Position numbers and translations under genes: made by a program | Notes under the pieces: generated by a model | Database searches by the model: none | The model's input: the letters and a program-made list of their open reading frames with translations, nothing else | What the model was told of the DNA's origin: nothing | NCBI GenBank assembly: GCA_964467175.1 | Contig: CAYXNY010000038.1 | Location: forward strand, 1 to 55,129 | DNA from: Candidatus Micrarchaeota archaeon | Lineage (GTDB): Archaea; Micrarchaeota; Micrarchaeia; Anstonellales; J096 | Direction: 5' to 3' | Length of the DNA: 55,129 nucleotides | Part shown: in pieces, positions 51,428 to 55,129 of the stretch | Numbering within the stretch: position 1 is the first letter of the stretch | How the letters are laid out: each line of letters begins with the position of its first letter

Positions 51428-52171
51428 TCATTTTATGTTAGTAAATGTTTTTAAACCCACAGGCAAATACTCCACCAAATCCCCTGCAGAATACCAATAC
51501 CCATTTTTTTTGAATGCCATCTCCCCGGCCATTTTCAAAACATTTGCTCCAGCCAGAGCAGATTCTAACAAAGAATTTTTTGTTGCAAGGGCAGAAACAA
51601 AGCCCGCAAGCACATCTCCGGTTCCTCCCTTCGTCAGGCCGGCATTCCCTCCTTTTATTTCATAAACTTTTTTTCCGTCGCTCACAAAATCAACAGGCCC
51701 TTTTTTCAGAATAACACATCCATATTTTTTTGCCATTTCCTTAACATTCTGCTTTGTTCCTTCCTTTCCAAAAAAATACTCAAACTCCCCTTCGTGTGGC
51801 GTGATGAGGAATTTTTCGTTTAACATTTTTTTATTTATTTTTTTGAACCCATCTCCATCTATAATTATTTTTTTCACATTCTTAACAATTCTTTTTGCAT
51901 CTAATTTGGAATTTCCCAGCCCAGGCCCAAAAAGAACAGCGTCGCATTTTTCCAAAACAGAAAGGTCATAAACAACGATAACTTCCGGGATATTCTTCAC
52001 AGCATTTATCAAATAGCAGTCGTTTTCGCCCGGATAAAAATACACCAAATCCACAAACCTTTTTGCCGCGTTTATCGCGAGCAGGGCAGAGCCATGGTAT
52101 TGCTTTGAACCGGCAACTATAAGCAGTTTTCCGTTCTCCCCTTTGTGGGAATTCTTATCCGGAATGAACAT
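51428..52171 (-). CDS. nnrD: ADP/ATP-dependent NAD(P)H-hydrate dehydratase (YjeF C-terminal type)
   Basis: HKGENGKLLIVAGS and GGTGDVLAG motifs. Confidence 0.8.
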   Translation of the reverse strand: MFIPDKNSHKGENGKLLIVAGSKQYHGSALLAINAAKRFVDLVYFYPGENDCYLINAVKNIPEVIVVYDLSVLEKCDAVLFGPGLGNSKLDAKRIVKNVKKIIIDGDGFKKINKKMLNEKFLITPHEGEFEYFFGKEGTKQNVKEMAKKYGCVILKKGPVDFVSDGKKVYEIKGGNAGLTKGGTGDVLAGFVSALATKNSLLESALAGANVLKMAGEMAFKKNGYWYSAGDLVEYLPVGLKTFTNIK

Positions 52172-52211
52172 GTTTTAATCACTCTTTGAGAATTTAAAAA
52201 CGTTGCTTTTT

Positions 52212-52258
52212 ACAAATTTGCAAACTATAATTGACAAATTTGTTGAAAATTTGCAAAC
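52212..52258. repeat. 47-bp perfect direct repeat, left copy (pairs with 53479..53525)
   Basis: ACAAATTTGCAAACTATAATTGACAAATTTGTTGAAAATTTGCAAAC. Contains nested palindromes CAAATTTG (twice) and TTTGCAAA (twice). Confidence 0.9.
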
Positions 52259-52271
52259 AAATTTAAGCCTT

Positions 52272-53501
52272 ATGGTCCAAAAAATGAGCATGAACCTAAG
52301 AGAGCAGTTGTTTCTGATGAACCCCCATTGGGAGGATGGCTTTTTTTATCCATTCCCAATAAAAAGGTACGCCTTTTCTAAATTAAAGTCTGGCCTTTCC
52401 CAGCCGCTTATGCTTTCTTTAACCGGCCCGAGAAGGGTCGGAAAGACCGTCCTTATGAAACAACTCATAAACCAACTAATAGAGGATGGTTATCCCAGGA
52501 GAAACATCCTGTTTTTTAGCGCAGACGATTTCTTTGGCGAGCCGCTAGAAATAGTAAAAGAATGGGAAAAGATCCTGGGTAAAAAAATAAGTGGAAAAAA
52601 CTATTTTCTGTTCTTCGACGAGATACAAAACGTCAATGAATGGGCAAAAAAACTAAAACTCCTCTACGATAACCTCGGGATAAAAATATTTGTGAGCGGT
52701 TCTGCTTCCATGCAGATGAGAAAAGGTTCTGAAAGCCTAGCCGGAAGGATGCTTGAGTTCTACATCCCACCCCTCTTTTACAATGAATACTTACTGTTTT
52801 CCGGTAAACCAAAGAACGAACTGGAAGAGAAGAGATGGGAAGAATACCAGTTTTATATGATGCGGCAACTTCCTGAGCTTGCCATCTACCCGACTCTAGA
52901 TAGCAAAGATTACATCACAAGCATAGTAAAAAAGGTGATTTACGAAGATGTGAAGAAGTATTTTAACGTTGAGGAGACAGAAGTTATAGATGGAATATTT
53001 AAGGTTATTTGCAAGGATCCCGGCCAGATTATTTCTGTTGTTGACATTGCAAAAGATTTTGGCATAAGCAGGGTTAGTGCTTCAAATTATCTTTTTGCGC
53101 TCGAGAAAAGTTATCTTATCAGAAAACTCTACAATTACTCTAACAATCCAAGAAAAACAGAGACCCGGGCAAAGAAATACTATCCGTATTATACTTCTTT
53201 GCTTTCCTATGCTCCTCCTACCGAATTTGGAAAAATCGCAGAAACAGAAGTGGCGTGGAAAACAAACGCAGAGTTTTTCTGGAATGAAAGAGGAAAGGAG
53301 ATAGATTTTATAGTTGATAAAAAAGGAATAGAGGTAAAGATGAGAAAATCCGTAGACAATTCAGATGTTAAATGGCTTATAAAAAATCCTATTGGCCTAA
53401 AAGAAAAAATAGTTGTTGTCCTCCCGAACGCAAAATTGAACCTTAAAGAGGTTGGAAAGGTTAGTTTGGATGAAATAGACAAATTTGCAAACTATAATTG
53501 A
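52272..53501 (+). CDS. AAA-family ATPase, COG1373/DUF4143-like
   Basis: Walker A LTGPRRVGKT, Walker B FLFFDEIQ, and a C-terminal DUF4143-like region. First ATG is at 52272; the track ORF starts at TTG 52203 inside the repeat. Confidence 0.75.
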   Translation: MVQKMSMNLREQLFLMNPHWEDGFFYPFPIKRYAFSKLKSGLSQPLMLSLTGPRRVGKTVLMKQLINQLIEDGYPRRNILFFSADDFFGEPLEIVKEWEKILGKKISGKNYFLFFDEIQNVNEWAKKLKLLYDNLGIKIFVSGSASMQMRKGSESLAGRMLEFYIPPLFYNEYLLFSGKPKNELEEKRWEEYQFYMMRQLPELAIYPTLDSKDYITSIVKKVIYEDVKKYFNVEETEVIDGIFKVICKDPGQIISVVDIAKDFGISRVSASNYLFALEKSYLIRKLYNYSNNPRKTETRAKKYYPYYTSLLSYAPPTEFGKIAETEVAWKTNAEFFWNERGKEIDFIVDKKGIEVKMRKSVDNSDVKWLIKNPIGLKEKIVVVLPNAKLNLKEVGKVSLDEIDKFANYN

Positions 53502-53525
53502 CAAATTTGTTGAAAATTTGCAAAC
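53479..53525. repeat. 47-bp perfect direct repeat, right copy
   Basis: Identical to 52212..52258. Encodes the last 7 codons and the stop of the ATPase gene. Confidence 0.9.
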
Positions 53526-54367
53526 TAAAACCCTTCAATCCTGAGTTTGTATCTTATAGATGTTCCAAAATCTGTTATGGCTGCTCCCTCTTCAACGATT
53601 GATTTATACGGGTCCCTGTCCATCACCTTTCTAACTTTATCCTCAAACCACTTTATCGCGTCAAGCATTCTCATGCCATCGATCTTTCCTCCATCTGCAT
53701 TCTCCATCCAAACGCTTTTTTCTTCTCCGTCAAAATCCTCTGCTCTCGGTAGTTTTAGAATAAATATTTTTTCATCTAAGCCGGTTTTTAATCCGGATTC
53801 TTCTTCAAGCGCTTTAATATTATAAACAAATTCTTCTAGCGATTTTGCCCTATACCCGTTTATCCCCAAAATCAGCTCCTCGTTTTCGCCGATTATCCTT
53901 ACAAAAGCATGGGCCTCTTCTTTAGGTATGTTCTTTTTATCCACTAGCATCGCTACATATATCTCTGCTTTATATCCTTTTTGAACCGCAAGATTTGCCA
54001 TATACGCAGCCCATTCAATACATACACTCTTTTTTGCCCTTCCTTCTATGAAATCCATTATATCGATGTCCACACCAATTTTTTCTGCGTTCTTTATATA
54101 ATATGTTTTTACTCCTTCTTTAAAAGATCCTAATCTTGCCTTTAATTCTTTCCCAATTTCATAAAAGTCCTCAATCTTACCCTCATACCCTAAGCTATTT
54201 GCAAGGGAATCGATCTGCGGGTCTTTATAAATCGTTATCAAATTAGGCTGAGAGTCGTTCGCGTAAGGAAATAGATACTGTTCTACTTTTGTTCCGGCGA
54301 AAAGTTTTGTCGCTAAAAAAAGAGAGGAAACCGCAGTTATCACAAACCCGCATTTTCTAATGCGCAT
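53525..54367 (-). CDS. secreted protein, possible transglutaminase-like core
   Basis: Signal peptide. KKSVCIEWAAYMANLAVQKG (Cys) and EEAHAFVRIIGENEE (His). Pattern match only. Confidence 0.45.
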   Translation of the reverse strand: MRIRKCGFVITAVSSLFLATKLFAGTKVEQYLFPYANDSQPNLITIYKDPQIDSLANSLGYEGKIEDFYEIGKELKARLGSFKEGVKTYYIKNAEKIGVDIDIMDFIEGRAKKSVCIEWAAYMANLAVQKGYKAEIYVAMLVDKKNIPKEEAHAFVRIIGENEELILGINGYRAKSLEEFVYNIKALEEESGLKTGLDEKIFILKLPRAEDFDGEEKSVWMENADGGKIDGMRMLDAIKWFEDKVRKVMDRDPYKSIVEEGAAITDFGTSIRYKLRIEGF

Positions 54368-54447
54368 GGAATATATTGTGTTAGCAAATGTTTAAAAATA
54401 TATCAAAATCTTTATTTTGCAAAAATGGAATAATAGATCTACCTATT

Positions 54448-54987
54448 TTAATTCTCCCCCTTTTTTTCCTTCTGAGTTGTCGTTGGAGTTGGGATTGGCG
54501 GCTGCACAGTAGACAAATCAAACAAAGCGCTAAATTGTCCTTCTCCGATGGTAATTCTAAATTTTTTATCATCAAGAAGTTGTGCATTTAAATTAACCGT
54601 CCCTTCTTTTTGTGTGTAAGTAACATTAACTGGTTGGTTAGGACCAGCAGTTACTCCCGGTATCCCTACCTTCATCTCACCCAGTTCAGTCCATGTAATC
54701 TTTGGCTTTAGTTCTTTTTCTTTTTCACCAAGTTTTATATCTAAGCTTCGCCATTTAACTGCACCGTTTTTGTCAACTACCACTATCTCATATGATCGTT
54801 CAAGTGCCCCTGGGTTTTCACTTGTTTTTTTCCAACCCAAGAGCGTTTGCTCTTTCTCTAAGTTATTTCTTACATCCAGTGGCGCAGTACCTGGCTGATC
54901 CCACCCCTTAATTGTATATATTATACTCCCAATTGTGATGGTGTATGCCCCCCCCTTTTCTCCTAAAAGTAAACCCATTTGTGCCAT
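54448..54987 (-). CDS. hypothetical protein with P/T-rich C-terminal tail
   Basis: ATG 54987 follows GGTGGG. The track ORF begins at TTG 55014. Confidence 0.5.
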   Translation of the reverse strand: MAQMGLLLGEKGGAYTITIGSIIYTIKGWDQPGTAPLDVRNNLEKEQTLLGWKKTSENPGALERSYEIVVVDKNGAVKWRSLDIKLGEKEKELKPKITWTELGEMKVGIPGVTAGPNQPVNVTYTQKEGTVNLNAQLLDDKKFRITIGEGQFSALFDLSTVQPPIPTPTTTQKEKKGEN

Positions 54988-55029
54988 ATTCCCACCATTT
55001 TTTATTATGCCCAAACTATTTTATAAACC

Positions 55030-55129
55030 TTATACTTCCAGCCCGATCCTCCTGTACAGCGGTTTATCTTCTTTGTGAAACCGTTTTCTTCTTCTCTTTC
55101 TTTTCCAAAGCAGGTACACAGCAACCCCT
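55030..55129 (-). CDS. 3' end of a CDS truncated by the window edge
   Basis: The reverse frame reads ...GVAVYLLWKRKRRRKRFHKEDKPLYRRIGLEV then a stop. Looks like the end of a TM helix plus a basic tail. Confidence 0.25.
   Translation of the reverse strand, partial: GVAVYLLWKRKRRRKRFHKEDKPLYRRIGLEV

Overview
This looks like a compact archaeal genome fragment. It has eL34, eL14, Cbf5, Alba, ABCE1, RtcB, an RpoD/S13/S4/S11 cluster and archaeal-type 16S termini. The small proteins, unlinked 16S gene and form III-like RuBisCO suggest a DPANN-like lineage, but that placement is inference only.

Housekeeping content:
- the L34e-cmk-L14e-cbf5 and S13-S4-S11-rpoD clusters
- PurS-PurL/PurQ, PyrG, TrpRS, ThiI, MetAP and NnrD
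- one 16S rRNA gene with no 23S in the window
- four tRNAs

The strongest signal is RNA splicing. Three of the four tRNAs carry an insertion between T-loop positions 59/60. tRNA-Ser and tRNA-Arg each carry a second, anticodon-loop intron, and the 16S gene carries a 45-nt insertion. Five of these six insertions (all but the tRNA-Arg anticodon-loop intron) share one sequence core, and four fold by eye into bulge-helix-bulge motifs whose excision restores the conserved mature sequence (the tRNA-Ser anticodon-loop copy fits poorly). The same window encodes an EndA-like subunit that appears to lack the catalytic Tyr and His, and an RtcB ligase interrupted by a 457-aa LAGLIDADG intein.

The second theme is accessory cassettes bracketed by long direct repeats:
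- a 47-bp perfect repeat around a COG1373-type ATPase
- a 29-bp perfect repeat around a HEPN-MNT pair
- a roughly 52-bp imperfect repeat around an A/T-rich orphan gene

Other items worth a look:
- a G/C-rich hairpin repeat family at two loci
- a 184-bp imperfect palindrome
- a LonB-like ATPase with no protease domain
- a 102-aa K+ channel
- a Cys-rich protein with thrombospondin-3-like repeats
- three secreted paralogs with a possible transglutaminase-like core

All calls rest on reading the sequence and ORF translations by eye. No searches or folding computations were run.
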